DNA of 64,000 nucleotides from Lama guanicoe (Eukaryota), in contig MU053881.1 of NCBI GenBank assembly GCA_013239625.1, positions 4,485,957-4,549,956 on the forward strand, given 5' to 3'. Position numbers and translations under genes: made by a program. Below, in pieces: positions 50,808-63,609 of this stretch. Under the pieces are notes generated by a model, which saw only the letters and a program-made list of their open reading frames with translations, was not told the origin of the DNA and did no database searches. Each line of letters opens with the position of its first letter. Positions within the stretch are counted from its first letter, which is position 1.

Positions 50808-52350
50808 TTTAAAACAGCAATGAGATACTACTACACACCTACTAGAATGGCCAAAATTCAGAGCGCTGACAACACTAAATGCTAACAAGGATGCGGAGCA
50901 ACAGGAATTCTCATACATTGCTAGTGGGAAGGCAAAATGGTACAGCCACTCCTCAGAAAATTAAAACTAGAATTATAGTATGATTCAGCAATTCCACTCA
51001 GGGTATACATCCAAAGAGAACAAACAAAGAATTCAAAAAGACATATGCACCCCAATGTGCATAGCAGCATTATTTACAATAGCCAAGATATGGAAGCAAC
51101 CTGAGTGTCCATCAACAGATGAATGGATAAAGAAGATGTGGTACACATATACAATGGAATATTACTCAACCATAAAAAGGAATGGAATTTTGCCATTTGC
51201 AACAACATGGATGGACCTGGAAGGTATTATTCTTAGTGAATTAAGTCAGACAGAAAAGGACAAATACTGTATGTTTTCACTTATATGTGGAACCTAAAAA
51301 AAAAAAAACAGAGCAAAACAGAAATAGACTCACAGATAGAGAACAAACAAATGGTTAACGGTGGGGAGAGGGAAGTGAGGAAGGGTAAGATAGGGGTAGG
51401 GAATTAAGAGGTACAAACTACTATGTATAAAATGGATAAGATACAGGGGTATAATGTACGGCACAGGGAATACAGCTAATATTTTGTAATAACTTTATAT
51501 GGAGTATAATCTATAAAAATACCAAATCACAATGTTGTACACCTGAAACTATTATAATATCGTAAGTCAACTATACTTCAATAAAAAATTATGGTTCGAC
51601 CACTTTGTATGACAGGTTGGTGGCTTCTTACAAAACTGAAGATACCCTTACCATGCGATCCAGCCATCGTGGTCCTCGGTGTTTACCCGGAGTTGAACAC
51701 TTAAATCCAAACAAAACCTGCATGTGATATTTAAAGCAACTTTATTCACAATTTGCCAAAACTTGGAAGCAAAATCAAGATGTCTTTCAATGGGTGAATG
51801 GATAAATAAATGGTGGTACATCCAGACAATGGAATACCATTTGGTGCTAAAAAAGAAATGAGCAATCAAGCCATGAAAAGGCATGGAAGAATGTTAAATG
51901 CATATTCTTAAGTGAAAGAAGCCAGAAGCCAATCTGGAAAGGCTGCATACCATACGATTCCAGCTAGATGACGTTCTAGAAAAGACCTTGGAGACAGTAG
52001 AAGAATCAGCGGTTGCTGGGGGTTGGGCGGGGGGAGATGAATAGAACACAGAGGATTTTTAGGGCAGTGGAAATACTGTGTATGACATTATAATGGTGGC
52101 TACATGTCATTGTATTTTTACCCATAGAATGTGCAACACCAAGAGTGACCCCTAAGGTAAGCCATGGACTTTGGCTGATCACCCATGATGTGTCAGTGTA
52201 GGTCCATCCTTGGCAACAAACATACCACTCCAGTGGGTGATGCAGACAACGGGAGAGGCTGTAAACGTGTGTGGACAGAGGGTATATGGGAAATCTCCAT
52301 ACCTCCCTCTCGATTTTGCTATGAGCCTAAAACTGCTCTAAAAAAGTGAA
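50808..52350 (+). mobile_element. L1MC-like element split by a younger L1
   Basis: 5' part AAAACAGCAATGAGATACTACTACACACCTACTAGAATGGCC. Resumes after 51590 and ends CTAAAACTGCTCTAAAAAA. Confidence 0.75.
50951..51590 (+). mobile_element. L1 (L1MA-like) ORF2 C-terminus + 3' UTR nested in the older L1
   Basis: ORF 50980-51297 (ICTPMCIAALFTIAKIWKQPECPSTDEWIKKMWY...PFATTWMDLE) is the L1 ORF2 tail. Degenerate TSD ATGGTACAGCCACT (50937-50950) / ATGGTTCGACCACT (51591-51604). Confidence 0.88.
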
Positions 52351-53624
52351 GACTGTCTTTAAAATGTGGTGGAAATGTGGAATCATTTTGTTTTTTAAGA
52401 ATCAAGAGCTGGACCTCTGTGCCAGAAGAGGACATGTATTCTTCACCATTTGCTCACTGTCTTGTTGGCAATCCGCTGTTTTTCAGACATTTTGAAGACA
52501 TCGCTTCACGTCATCCCCTCCCGCCGTTAGAGAAACTGAGGTGGCGAGTGAGTGCTGTCGCCCGTTGGACAGGATTCCAGCCCGGCCTTGTCTGCCTGCA
52601 CAGCCCTCGGTCGCCCCAGCACCACTCTGCCATCTCTCTGGAAGAGGCTGGGAAGCCCGCAGCGAGCATTTGGGAGAGTCCGGAAGCTAATTTCAAGTAG
52701 CCACTTTGAGGGCAACATCTTACTAGACATCTTTTCAATTCAGGATGCAGAAGTCTCGCTCAGCTCTGAACCTGGCCACAGATGGCCATCGGAGAATATT
52801 TTCTGTCCAGTCGCAATGGATCCATGCACAGGGCACGTGACCTCAGCAGGGAACTTGCATCTCAGGTCTGAGAGTCTGCGGGCAGCTCAAGGATGGAGCA
52901 ACCCCGAGCGCTGTCGTCCTGCAGCCCAGGTGCCGGAGTCGGGGTGGAGTGCGTGGCCCGGACAGCGGAGCAGCATGACGCAATGAACAAACCTTGGCCC
53001 TTAGCACCTCCGCTGGCAGGGACTGCCTGACCTTGGCCAGGCTCTCGCTCAGCTCCTTGAGACACGCACAGCAGTGAGTTCCAGAATGAAAAGCACCCAT
53101 AACGTCTCCCAAGGGCCGGACAGCACTTTGGCAATGACAGTATTTTAATAGATGACCGGGCCGGTGCAGTAAAAATAACCTTTGCAGGTAGTAGCCAGAT
53201 CTTGTTTTTTTCCAAATCTCTTTTGCCCGTCACTCCACAGCCCAGCCCAGAAGAGCCTTTCCTTTCATCACAGAGTGGAAAAATTCTTGGTGGCGTTCTC
53301 CCCAGAGCTGGGACCCACTCATAAATCCCCAGGGCCTCATCTCCCCTGCCCCAGGTGCATCTGGGGCATTCACGGGAGAGCAGGTCATTTCAGGGGCTCT
53401 GGTCACACAGCTCAGCACTGGCCACGCAATCACAGAGGAGGAGGGACACTCTGGGGACCCGTTATTTTACTGCGGTTTTATAACCGTTTGACTTTTTTTT
53501 TTAACAGTCTACTCAGAGCAGAAGAAAGAAAACTTTTCCACTCCTGTTGGGAAACTCATGCGTATATGATGTCAAGATTCCGGGGCAGGTCAGTGGTACA
53601 GCCGAGACAGCCCAGGGCTAAGAA

Positions 53625-54355
53625 TTGATGGAGTTACTCCTCCCTCCAGGAGGGACATTACTCCCTGCTCTGTGGTGTGGGCTGCACGTAGTGACCTCCT
53701 CCCGAGAGGACATAGGGAAATGGGGAAAAGGTAACTTGACAGCGGAGAAACCTGACACACGCTACCCCAGCAAGGTCGGCACCAGCAGGATTAAGTCAGG
53801 TCAGTAGTATGTTCAGTATATTCCCTTGACACAAGGTGATGTGAATGACACTTCTCCTCTGGGGTCTTCCTCACCCAAATCTATAACCTCATGTGATAAT
53901 ATATAATATAATATAATATAATATAATATAATATAATATAATATATATAAAATCTAATCATGAGAAAAACAACAGACAAATTCCAGTTGAGGGATGTTCT
54001 GCAAAATACTGGTCCAGGACTTCTCAAACTGTCAAGGTCATCAAAAAACAAGGGAAAGTCCAAGAAACTGTCATGGCCAAGAGGAGCCTAAGAAGACACG
54101 GTCACTAAATGCGAGGTAGGATTCCGGGTGGGATCTTGGGGCAGAAAAAAGCACGTTAAGTAAAAACTAAGGAAATCAGAATTAATTAGTTAATAATGTA
54201 CCAATACTGGCTCATTAATTTTGAAAAATGCACCATGCTAACGTAAGGTGGAAATAACGGAGGAAGCTAGGTGTGGACTACATGGAAACTCTCTGTTTGT
54301 CATCTTTGCAATTTTTCTGTAAATTCAGAACTGTTGGAAAATGTAAAGTTTATTC
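53625..54355 (+). mobile_element. L1MC-like 3' UTR
   Basis: GGAGAAACCTGACA, CTAATCATGAGAAAAAC, CTGTCAAGGTCATCAAAAAACAAGG and CTTTGCAATTTTTCTGTAAAT. Confidence 0.75.
53896..53945. repeat. (ATAAT)n pentanucleotide microsatellite
   Basis: About 9-10 copies read directly. Confidence 0.9.
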
Positions 54356-54713
54356 TACAAAGGGAATGGATTGCCTTCCCTGTCTGCCTCCTTGCACCAC
54401 CCTCTTACAAGCCTTGGCATCTTAGCAGGTCTTACATCTTTTTTAATCTATGTCTTCTACTTATGTATTTTGCTCTCCCACTTTGAGGCTATTTATAAAA
54501 GTTTAGTCTATCCAGCCAGTAATTCCTCCAGAGATGGACACAACAGTATCCCTCAATCCTCCTCTGGCATTTTTAAGGGAGCTCCCAAGGGTTTGAGACC
54601 AACATCCTACTCGAATGCTTAGTGCATAACTACTCAGCTAAGTCAGGGACTTCACAGGGAGTCAAGGTTCTCCACTGGCTGCTGTTGGGAGCTGTGAGTG
54701 GTAAATGAAGAAG

Positions 54714-55435
54714 CAGGAACCGTCCTACACTGTGGGTGGGAATGTAAACTGATGCAGCCACAATGGAGAGTCCTTAAAACACTAAAAATAGATTTACTAT
54801 ATGATTCAGCAATCCCACTCCTGGGTACATATCCAGAGGAAACTCTAATTTGAAAAGATACATGCACCCCAATGTTCATAGCAGCACTATATACAATAGC
54901 CAAGACACGAAGCAACCTAAATGTCCATCAACAGAAGAATGGATAAAGAAGTTGTGGTGTGTGTACACACACACACACACACACACACACAATGGAATAC
55001 TACTCAGCCATAAAAAGGAATGAAATAATGCCATTTGCAGCAACATGGATCTACCCAGAGATTATCATACTAAATGAAGTCAGACAGAAAAAGACGAGTA
55101 TCACACGGTTTCACTTCTATGTGGAATCTAAAAAAATGATGCAAATGAACTTAGTTACAAAACAGAAACAGACTCACAGACACAGAAAACAACCTTATGG
55201 TTACCAAAGTGGAAAGAGGGGAAGGGATAAATTGTGAGTTTGGGATTTGCAGATACACACTATTATATATAAAATAAACAAACAACAAAGTCCAATTGCA
55301 TAGCATAGGGAACTATATTCCATATCTTATAATAACCTATAATGGAAAAGAATATGTATGTAAACTGAATCACTATGCTGTACCCCAGAAACCAACACAA
55401 TATTGTAAATCAACTATACTTTAATTAAAAAAAAG
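54714..55435 (+). mobile_element. 5'-truncated L1 (ORF2 tail + 3' UTR) with internal (CA)n and a GA-rich expanded tail to ~55505
   Basis: ORF 54959-55237 contains MEYYSAIKRNEIMPFAATW. (CA)n at ~54965-54991. Ends CAACTATACTTTAATT-A(n). Confidence 0.9.
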
Positions 55436-56063
55436 AAGAAGAATAAAGGGGAGAGAGGAAAGGGAGAGGGAGGGAAGGAGGAGGAGAAGGGAAGAAGAAG
55501 AAGAACGTTTATAACTTGTTTAACGTTAGTATCCTGTGGACTGTTTCGAAAGGCAGAAGACACAAGAGCCTCTCAGTCTCTCAGTAGAATTGGACGGCAC
55601 CCCAGTCCCACGCCCTTGCTGGTTCACAGACCTCTCAGATTTATGCAGCTCTCCAAGGAAGCGAGAGACTCAATGTCCCCAACCCAGGCCACCTTATGGA
55701 GAAAGAAGAAATGCAGGTGGACTTCAGGAACCTGGCTTCCCAGGCAGCTTGGCTGAAAGGCGTCCATCCCATACGACCAAAGCTGGCTGCGGCTGCCTCC
55801 CTGCGGACCCTGGGAGCGGAGGGGAGCTGGACATCAGGGCTCATCCTCACCAGGACGGTGCCTCCTTCTGCTTCTCTCTCACTTCTTTCCCTGGAGGATT
55901 AGAGACTGTCTTAGAGGGATCTGTGCCATTTTGTTTTAACCCTCGCCTCCTTTGCTTTCTGTCCCATCCCCTTCCTCCCTCTCTCCTGCCCTCCTTCTTC
56001 TGCTCTCCCAGAGACAGGAGAAGAGGGGGCAGGGTGCAGCCACAAAAAGAATCGCACAGCAAT

Positions 56064-56576
56064 TGAGGCTAGGGCAGAAGCCGGTTAGAACCAAGATGGC
56101 GGGAGGTTCAGCTTCCGGTAGATCTTGAGGCCTGAGATGGCAGAAGATTTGACTTCCAGTAGAACTTGAGCTTCATTACATGCTCATTATGATACGTTAG
56201 CATGATAAATGGCACTCCCACTGTGGCATGGCGGTTCGGAGGCTGACCATAAAAGGCCAAAAAGGAGGCAGTGGCCCAATTCCAGGGAATCCCCACCCCT
56301 TCCCCAAAGTAGCTGGAATCAGCTCCCGCTTGTTGGCAGATGAAGCTACAGAGCCCGTAAGAGCTAAGCACTCCCACTCTCTGGCCTTCTGGGTCGGCCT
56401 GCACTCGTCTGAGGAGTCAGCGTCTCCCTGGATAAACCTACTCTCATCCTGCTATGGCTCACTCTTGAATTCTTGCCTGTGCAAAGCCAAAGACCCTCAC
56501 TTGATGGGGCGCATCCCAGGGACTCGCCAGAGACCTGGGATATGGCCGTGCTTTCGCGCTCCATTTTCCTGCAGCG
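56064..56576 (+). mobile_element. MER41-like ERV1 solo LTR
   Basis: CCAAGATGGCG, ATGCTCATTATGATACGTTAGCATG, CACTCCCAC, TTCCAGGGAATCCCCACCCCTTCCCCAAA and TGAATTCTTGCCTGTGCAAAGCCAAAGACCCTCACTTG follow the recalled MER41 consensus order. No clear TSD. Confidence 0.7.
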
Positions 56577-57457
56577 TCCCCACAGGACAGATGTGGCCCA
56601 AACCCAGGCCTTTAGGAACATCTGCCGGGACCGCAGCTGCCTTCCCCCGGGACCAGGGGACCCCTGTTCCCCCCCACCCCAACTATTGGGTTTTATCCAA
56701 GGACTTTGGTTTTCTGGCCAGAATATTTGAACTGAAGTCAGCAGGGTCCTCTAGCTATTAAAATAACTTGCTAAAATCTCTGAGGATTTGCACATGTAGG
56801 AGGAAGAGGGAGATGCTGTTTTGCAAAACCCTGGCTGCAGCTGGCGCCGGCTTGCCTAGGAAGAGCATCGCCCAGTTCTTCGCAGGGATGGTGTATCTCT
56901 TTTGGAAATACCTGGACTTGCGGGAAATGTGCAGAAAAAAGGGTTTAATTGTTCTGATTAAAAGGGAACAGCAGCTTGGAATCTGGCTAGCAGCTGCATG
57001 CTGACAGCTGGAGGAAGCAGGGTTTGTAGGAGCTGTAGGAGTCAATGGCGGGGCGGGGGTGGGGTGGGGACTGGAGGGCAGAGTAATTTACTTCGGGGAT
57101 GACACCCTTTGTTCACTGCAGACCTTTAGGAAACATCTGCTAAACTTGACCCGTGTGGGCTGGTGGTCATTGAAAACCAGCATTAAGTTGACAGGGACAG
57201 AAAGAAACAGTCCCGGGGAAAGACAGGAATGAGATTGAGTGCTCAATGCGAACAGGAAATCAAAGGCAGGAAGTGATCAGTAACATGTAAGTCCCCCTCC
57301 CAGGCCCCCAGGGTGGGAGTGTGGAAGGTGGGGGGGTGGGGCGATGGCTAGAAACATTTGGGAAAGAGTCCCAGGCCTTTCCATAATGCAGACATGGTCT
57401 CTCAGGAAGGACCCCACACTGGTAAACTTGCGGACGTACAAACTGAAGGCATTTGGG

Positions 57458-57519
57458 ACACATGCGCGCGCGCGCGCACACACACACACACGCACACACA
57501 CACGCACACACACACACAC
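57458..57519. repeat. Compound (GC)7/(CA)n alternating purine-pyrimidine tract
   Basis: 62 nt of uninterrupted RY alternation. Confidence 0.93.
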
Positions 57520-57869
57520 CTGTGACACACCTGTGCAGGACCAGCTCTCCTTGAGCAGTGATTCTCAACCTTGGCTACAAATGTGAATTGCCTGGGAGCT
57601 TCAAGAAAGCCAAGCCTGCTCCTTCATCAAACCAAGAACATCAGAATCGTCGGACTCTCCGAGCTTCCAAGTGGTCTCAGCATGACGGGGTTGAGCAGCG
57701 CTGTCCTAGAGCAAGGGACCCCGGCAACCCCAGCCACACAGAAAACTGATGTCATTACGGCCCCCTGCTGAACCTGCGCCCCTTTGCTCGCACGCTTCCC
57801 CCTCCCCCAACCTCCTCCCTCCCTCCTTCCCTCCCCTCCTCCAGGACAACAAGGAACCCCTCCCACAGG

Positions 57870-58035
57870 CACGACACATAAAACATAGGAATTTGAATTT
57901 CAGATAAACCACGAATAATCTTTTTTAGCAGAAGTACGTTCCATGCAATCATGCAACATACTCATACTAAAAAATTATCCGTGATTTACTAAAATTCAAA
58001 TCTAACCGGACACCCAGTGTTTTCAGTTGCTACAT
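57870..58035. mobile_element. MER53 palindromic hAT MITE (second copy)
   Basis: ATTTGAATTTCAGATAAACCACGAATAATCTTTTTTAG pairs with CTAAAAAATTATCCGTGATTTACTAAAATTCAAAT as an inverted repeat. Confidence 0.78.
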
Positions 58036-58219
58036 CTGAAAACCCCAGACAGTGACAATTTACAAAACAATAACGGGAAAGGCTTCTTGCACTGCACGGA
58101 GATCTGGCGAGACCACCAGCCCCCAATCCAGAGTAAAGCGTCCCAAGTCCTGGTGAGAATCAGCAACGTTTTTCTGGTGCCCCAACATTGTTATGGGCCT
58201 GCGGCGCTACACGTTACCA

Positions 58220-58233
58220 CCACCAGAGGGCGC
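58220..58233 (+). promoter_or_regulatory. Candidate CTCF core motif
   Basis: CCACCAGAGGGCGC, an exact consensus match in a locally CpG-retaining patch. Confidence 0.65.
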
Positions 58234-58719
58234 GCTATGAGCGGACGGGAGGAGGCGGCTTGGCAGAACCAGCAAGGACTGGACCCTCACACCAAGATGC
58301 TCAAGAACCACGCAAGGAAGCAACCTCCAAATAAGCCTGAACGCTCAAGTGGTAGGTTAGAGGGAAGTGCCTTCCTCTTTTAAATTAAATCCTCTTGACA
58401 ACAGCCAAGATGGCATCAGAGAGGAAGCTACACCCAGGGCAGAAGAAACTCGCAAAGTGGCAGACGTTTCTCTTACAGTGATTGATTGTTTTTGTTGGTT
58501 TGTTCAAGGGTCACATGTTTGCTGTGGATCTTCCCAGAACGTTTCCTATGCACACGAATGTGTGGATGCATGTAAATGATTTGGGTTTGCTGGCAAAATT
58601 CTTTCACAAATGCCATAGCAGAATGTATGTGTATTTATACATATGTATTTCCGGAACTTGCTTTTTCACACTTAATAAATTTTGAGGATCATCCTATGAT
58701 ATACCTAATACAAATCTTT

Positions 58720-58895
58720 TATCTTCACAATGGCCCTGTGAGGCAGGGGCTTTTATTATCATCCATTTTACAGATGGGCGACACTACAGCACAGAGAGGT
58801 TAAATGATTTGCCCAAGATCACACAGCAAGTAAGTAGCCAAGATGGGGTTTAGACCTGGGCTATCTGTCTTCAGAGCACAAATGCTTAACCACTC
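58720..58895 (-). mobile_element. MIR SINE
   Basis: CCATTTTACAGATGGGCGACACTACAGCACAGAGAGGTTAAATGATTTGCCCAAGATCACACAGC. Confidence 0.8.
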
Positions 58896-61758
58896 TTCTG
58901 GAATGCTTTGTTTTAACCAGGGCATCACAGTCCATGCCAGGGACAGGCCGCTGCATCTATGACCACGCCCCTTTTGATGGACATTTAGCTGTGTCCAGGT
59001 TTCCACTAGTACAAATGATGCAGCAGCGGGCTCCTTGTGCAGTGCTGATGGGGGCTCTGCGGGGCAGACCAGAGGCGGAGCGTGCACAGGTCCCGTGTCC
59101 ACAGATACCGCCATATCTCACTTCCTATCCTCGGGTTCCCTCTCGCTGCCACCAAAGGCACGGCGGGAAGAAGGAACAGCCTGTGGAGAGGCGCAGGGAT
59201 GTGCTGTGGAAACTTGAACAGAGGGGACTACTTCTGTTCTTGGGAGGGAGAAATTTAGCAACACTGCAGCCACAAGGAAAGGAGAGAATGTACCAAATCA
59301 ATCGGGTGATCTAGCTAAGGGGCTTTCCGGGCAAGTCCAGGCATGGGGGCTTCTCTTCTCAAGGCCTCGTACACGTTACACATACAGAAGAATCGGGACA
59401 TGTGGCCCTGCCCGCGGCCTCCGTGCCGGTCTCATCCTGCAACAAGAGCTGTGCCTGCCCACTGGTCTCCACGGAGCTAATGGATTGGGAAGGGAGAGGG
59501 CTAGGATTCCTGCTGATTCTCAGGGAGCCTGGGGGTGAGACAAGAGGGTATTCCTGTCCCCCCAGGGTCTAGAACAGATTAAGCCTTCAGTACGCTCCTG
59601 GGAAGTGAGGGGAATGAAGGGCGCCCGAGGGAAGCGCTGACTCCGCGCTCCACTCTGCCCTGGGGCTGCGCACAGAGTGGCGATGGAAGCATCGTGGGCC
59701 AGGGCTGGGGCGTGCTCTGGGGTTCCTGTGCCCCTCCCACATCATCCTCCCTAATGACAGAAGCCACTAGCACGTGTGCTGTCTCTCCTTTCAGACAATA
59801 GGGTACCTGATGGCCTGAGCTTTAAAATGACTTCCCCTTATTTACTTGTAACACGTTTGTCCTTCTGCTTGTCCGGAATTGTGAGCGCCCTCCACCACTT
59901 TGGAGAATTCCCTCCTTCTGGGTTCCTGACTCCCCAGAGGGGCCAGAAAGTCTGTTTCCCAGAAACCAGGGTGCAGGCAGGTGACCAGACTCTCCAGTTA
60001 GATGCACCAGCAGCAGAACCTGATTCCCAGCCAGCGGCTCTGAGATGAAGCCGGTTCCCACAGGTCGCGGGGAGGCGGCAAGGCCCAGTGGCGGAAGGTC
60101 CAGGGTTATGTCTGGACCCTTTTGTGCGGTGGCTCTTCTTGGCACTGGGCACAGTTCCACTCCCTGGAACTGCCCTGCAGTGGCACATCTGGGCTGCGTT
60201 CCCACCACAGAGCCTCTTAGCCTGGTTCTCGGGCCGCTCAAAAGATGCTCAGAGCCCCCCAGTGTCCCGTAATAAGTTCCATTGCTGCTTAAACTCACTG
60301 CAGGTGGTTTCTGCGGTTTGCAACCAAGGCTGCCCGAGACCTCCCTGTTGGCCCAGCATTTTTGAAAGGGAGGCATTTAGTATGCTGCCTGACTCCCACC
60401 CTATCAGACACAGCTGATTCCAGAACTAACCCAGACACCCAGCAGGGTAAACAGACCTCCAAGTAGGGTCATTCCGCTTTCAAAAGTGCTTCTGGGACCA
60501 AAAAGAATGATCTGCCCCCACCTTCACCCTTTCTCCCATTCAGGTCCACCTCCCCCGTGTGGCCAGAGTGAACTTTCTCACAAATGACCTGGCGTGCCCC
60601 TGCCCGAGTGACATCTGTTCAAGGAGTTTGAAATCCGGGAATCGCATCCCATAAAGCATAGGATAGGAGCAGAGGACCTGGGAGACGGGCCAGACACCCT
60701 ATTCTGTCCCCTCCTCCTTCTGGGGACAGAAGGCGGCAGCTCAGCTACGCTGGGATGAGGGTTTGCAGCCTCTTCTGTGTGCTCAGCTTTGTCCCCGGCA
60801 CCAAGGGACCTGGGCAGGAGGCCACAGCTGCTGCAAGGGTTTTGGGTTAAAATCACACAGGTGACCTTGAGTCTTCTCTGAACACCTCTCCCATCCCTCT
60901 GCCCTGGCAACAAAGCCCCAACTTCTGTCACTGCACTCAGGTCCACTGGCCCCAGTCAACACACCCACCAGGGACAGGCTACCTGATGAAGACCTCTGGC
61001 CCGGCCACCGCCACGACAGACCACTGGAGGACCAGGTGGCCTGGACCCCATCACACCCACATCACTCACAAAGCTCCCCACTCAGCTCCCCGCATTCTCG
61101 TCCCTCCTCAGTCCCTTCCACCAGCCTGGGGCATCTCTGAGGGCAGTTATCAGCAACTGCCTCTTGGGTCCCCTGAGCCTAGAAATGGCATAGACGTTTG
61201 CTGAACAAGGAAACAGCAGGACAGCGGGTGTGGTGCTGGGGACGAGGAGGGTATTTGCGATGGTGGCCCCTCTAGTGGCCACTGCTTTCCTCAGAATAAA
61301 GACCTGGATATGCTCGTCCTCCACCCTCCCCACAAACTTCATTCCTCCTCTGCCCTCTCCTCTCCCACTTCCCCTCTTTGCTCATCCACGCCAGCCACAC
61401 TGCACTTCTTACTGTTCTTTGAACCTGCAAGAATGCTCCCTGCCCCAGGGCCTTTGCACTGGCCAATCCCTCTGCCATAATGCTCTTCCCGCAGATGCCC
61501 TCATGGCTTAAGCCCTCACCTCTGGTGAATTGTAAATCATAAGCTGTTAAATATTAGTTATTCTATCTTTGCCATTCTATTTATTATCATTATTGTTATG
61601 GCTATGGTTATTATTTATATTGTTAGTATTTCAAGTAATTCTTGAATTGCGGGGAGCCGGCCGCCTTTCTGCGTCCCTGGTGCCAAGTCAGGTGATTTCG
61701 ACCCCCGCCCCCAAGCCCAGGCCGCTCTCCACAGCCTCCAGCCAGCCCGCCGGCTTTT

Positions 61759-61792
61759 GGCAGTGCCTCCCTCTGTCCACTGGAGGGCGCCC
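61759..61792 (+). promoter_or_regulatory. Candidate CTCF site (core + upstream motif)
   Basis: GGCAGTGCC starts 18 nt before the core CCACTGGAGGGCGC (61777-61790). Confidence 0.5.
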
Positions 61793-61954
61793 GCAACTCC
61801 TCCTTGTCGGCACGGAGACTTCGCAGAGCCGGGGATGCAGGCTTTGAGCCGCAGGACCTCCGACTGCTGCGGGCTGAAGCGGACCTGTGAACCCCGGGGG
61901 CAGACAGTGTGAGGTCTCTGGAATCCAACTCAATTCCTTGATTCCTTTTTCTTT

Positions 61955-62162
61955 TTTTTAACATTTTTTATTGATTTATAATCATTTTACAGTGTTGTGT
62001 CAAATTCCAGTGTTCAGCACAATTTTTCAGTCATTCATGGACATATACACACTCATTGTCACATTTTTTCTCTGTGAGTTATCATAACATTTTGTGTATA
62101 TTTCCCTGTGCTATACAGTGTAATCTTGTTTATCTATTCTACAATTTTGAAATCCCAGTCTA
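61955..62162 (-). mobile_element. Very young 5'-truncated L1 3' end with a perfect 20-bp flanking direct repeat
   Basis: T-rich tail, then TTTATTGATTTATAATCATTTTACAGTGTTGTGTCAAATTCCAGTG...CCCTGTGCTATACAG. TCCTTGATTCCTTTTTCTTT occurs at 61935-61954 and 62163-62182. Confidence 0.92.
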
Positions 62163-63609
62163 TCCTTGATTCCTTTTTCTTTCTTTTCTTTTTTCTTTTT
62201 TTGTTTTCCTGCATAGTTGGCTGTTGGCTCGAGGGTGCCATTGAAAATGCCTAAAATGTAATAATTCTGGAGACTGGAATCTGTGGAAAGATAAATCAAC
62301 CAAATGAGACCCCTCCCCCACAACGCTGAGAACTGCACAGAGGCAGAGGACACAGAAGTGGCAACAGAGCAGCCCGCGGGCCACGTGTGGCCCCCAGATG
62401 ACGTCTGTTCTGCTTCATGGTGTCTGATAAACTGAATGGGGGGGGTCACCATTTTAAAATTGGGAGATTTCACATCAAATCTAGATTTCTGTCTTTGCTT
62501 CTAAAATGGGGCAAAAGGAGCCCATCTGCTCACATGGCAAACCTCTCTGATAGTCAGGAAGGCACATTTGTCAAGAGAAGCTTTTAGAGCAGACTGTATT
62601 AATGGCTTGTTAACTTGATTAGAACTCTTAACCGTTGAACATATGAAATGGGTCCCCCTTTCATTCTCCTGCATTTGCAGGGGCAGACCTGATCACCTGC
62701 ACCTAGAGCACTGCTGGCATGTTCAGTCAAGGCTCAAAAGATCTTATTTGAAATAATGAACTTGTGGGGCTGGGGTGGGAGCAGCGGAGGGGGTTAGGGG
62801 CAAACCGCTAGGAAATGCAAGACGTCCTGAACTTGCCCGGTCATGGGGCTGGATTCCAACTCGCGTGCCTGTGGCATTGGGATAGGAAGGCTGTCCCCGT
62901 GCGCAGCCATCAGAAGAAGCCAGACGATGGACATTCCCAAGGCTCCGGAACATCTCAGCTTCCCATCCCACCACTGAACAGAAATAATTTTGCATTGGTT
63001 AAACTTAGAGATTGAATTTTGTGATGAGGCTAGTGCCCTGAGTCTAAGACTCCCAGTGTCTTGGGAAGGGGTTCAGGAAGGACTCTAGGAAGCTGATTGC
63101 CAGTGTGGGGTGTGTCAGACACAGATGAATGTGTCACATGATGGTGAACTGGCATTTACACTGGTCCGTCGTCACCAAAGAGCCGGAAGCCCCCTGCACA
63201 GGTACATTAGAGGCCACCCTCTGTTCTGATCTGGCTGGATCCTCTCTCTCTTCCAGCATCTAGACTCAGCTGAACCTAACCTTCTGCCCTCTGCCCTCTT
63301 CCCTCTCCCAGGATAGTTTGTGGGCCCAGAGTTCTTGTTGCTAATTGCATCTTCCAGTGCTCATAAATCAAGTACTTAACTATTGGTTTCTAAAGAGGCA
63401 TTTTCCCCCCTCCAGTATGCTCTGCAAAATGCCTGGTCCAGATCTGACTGCCTGGAAGACCTCCAATTCTGTTTTTGAGGACTTGCTGCTCTTACTTTCT
63501 CTGTGATATCCTGGAAATTACTCCACGTCTTCATTAGGCAGGGTCAAGGACGCTTCTTAAAAGACACCAGCTAGATGGAGTATCCAATTGCCCTTCCCTC
63601 CATCCTCCT

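Noticed and set aside
50980..51297. L1 ORF2-like ORFs (also 2192-2395 and 54959-55237)
   Set aside because: Fragments of 5'-truncated L1 copies, not host genes or active elements.
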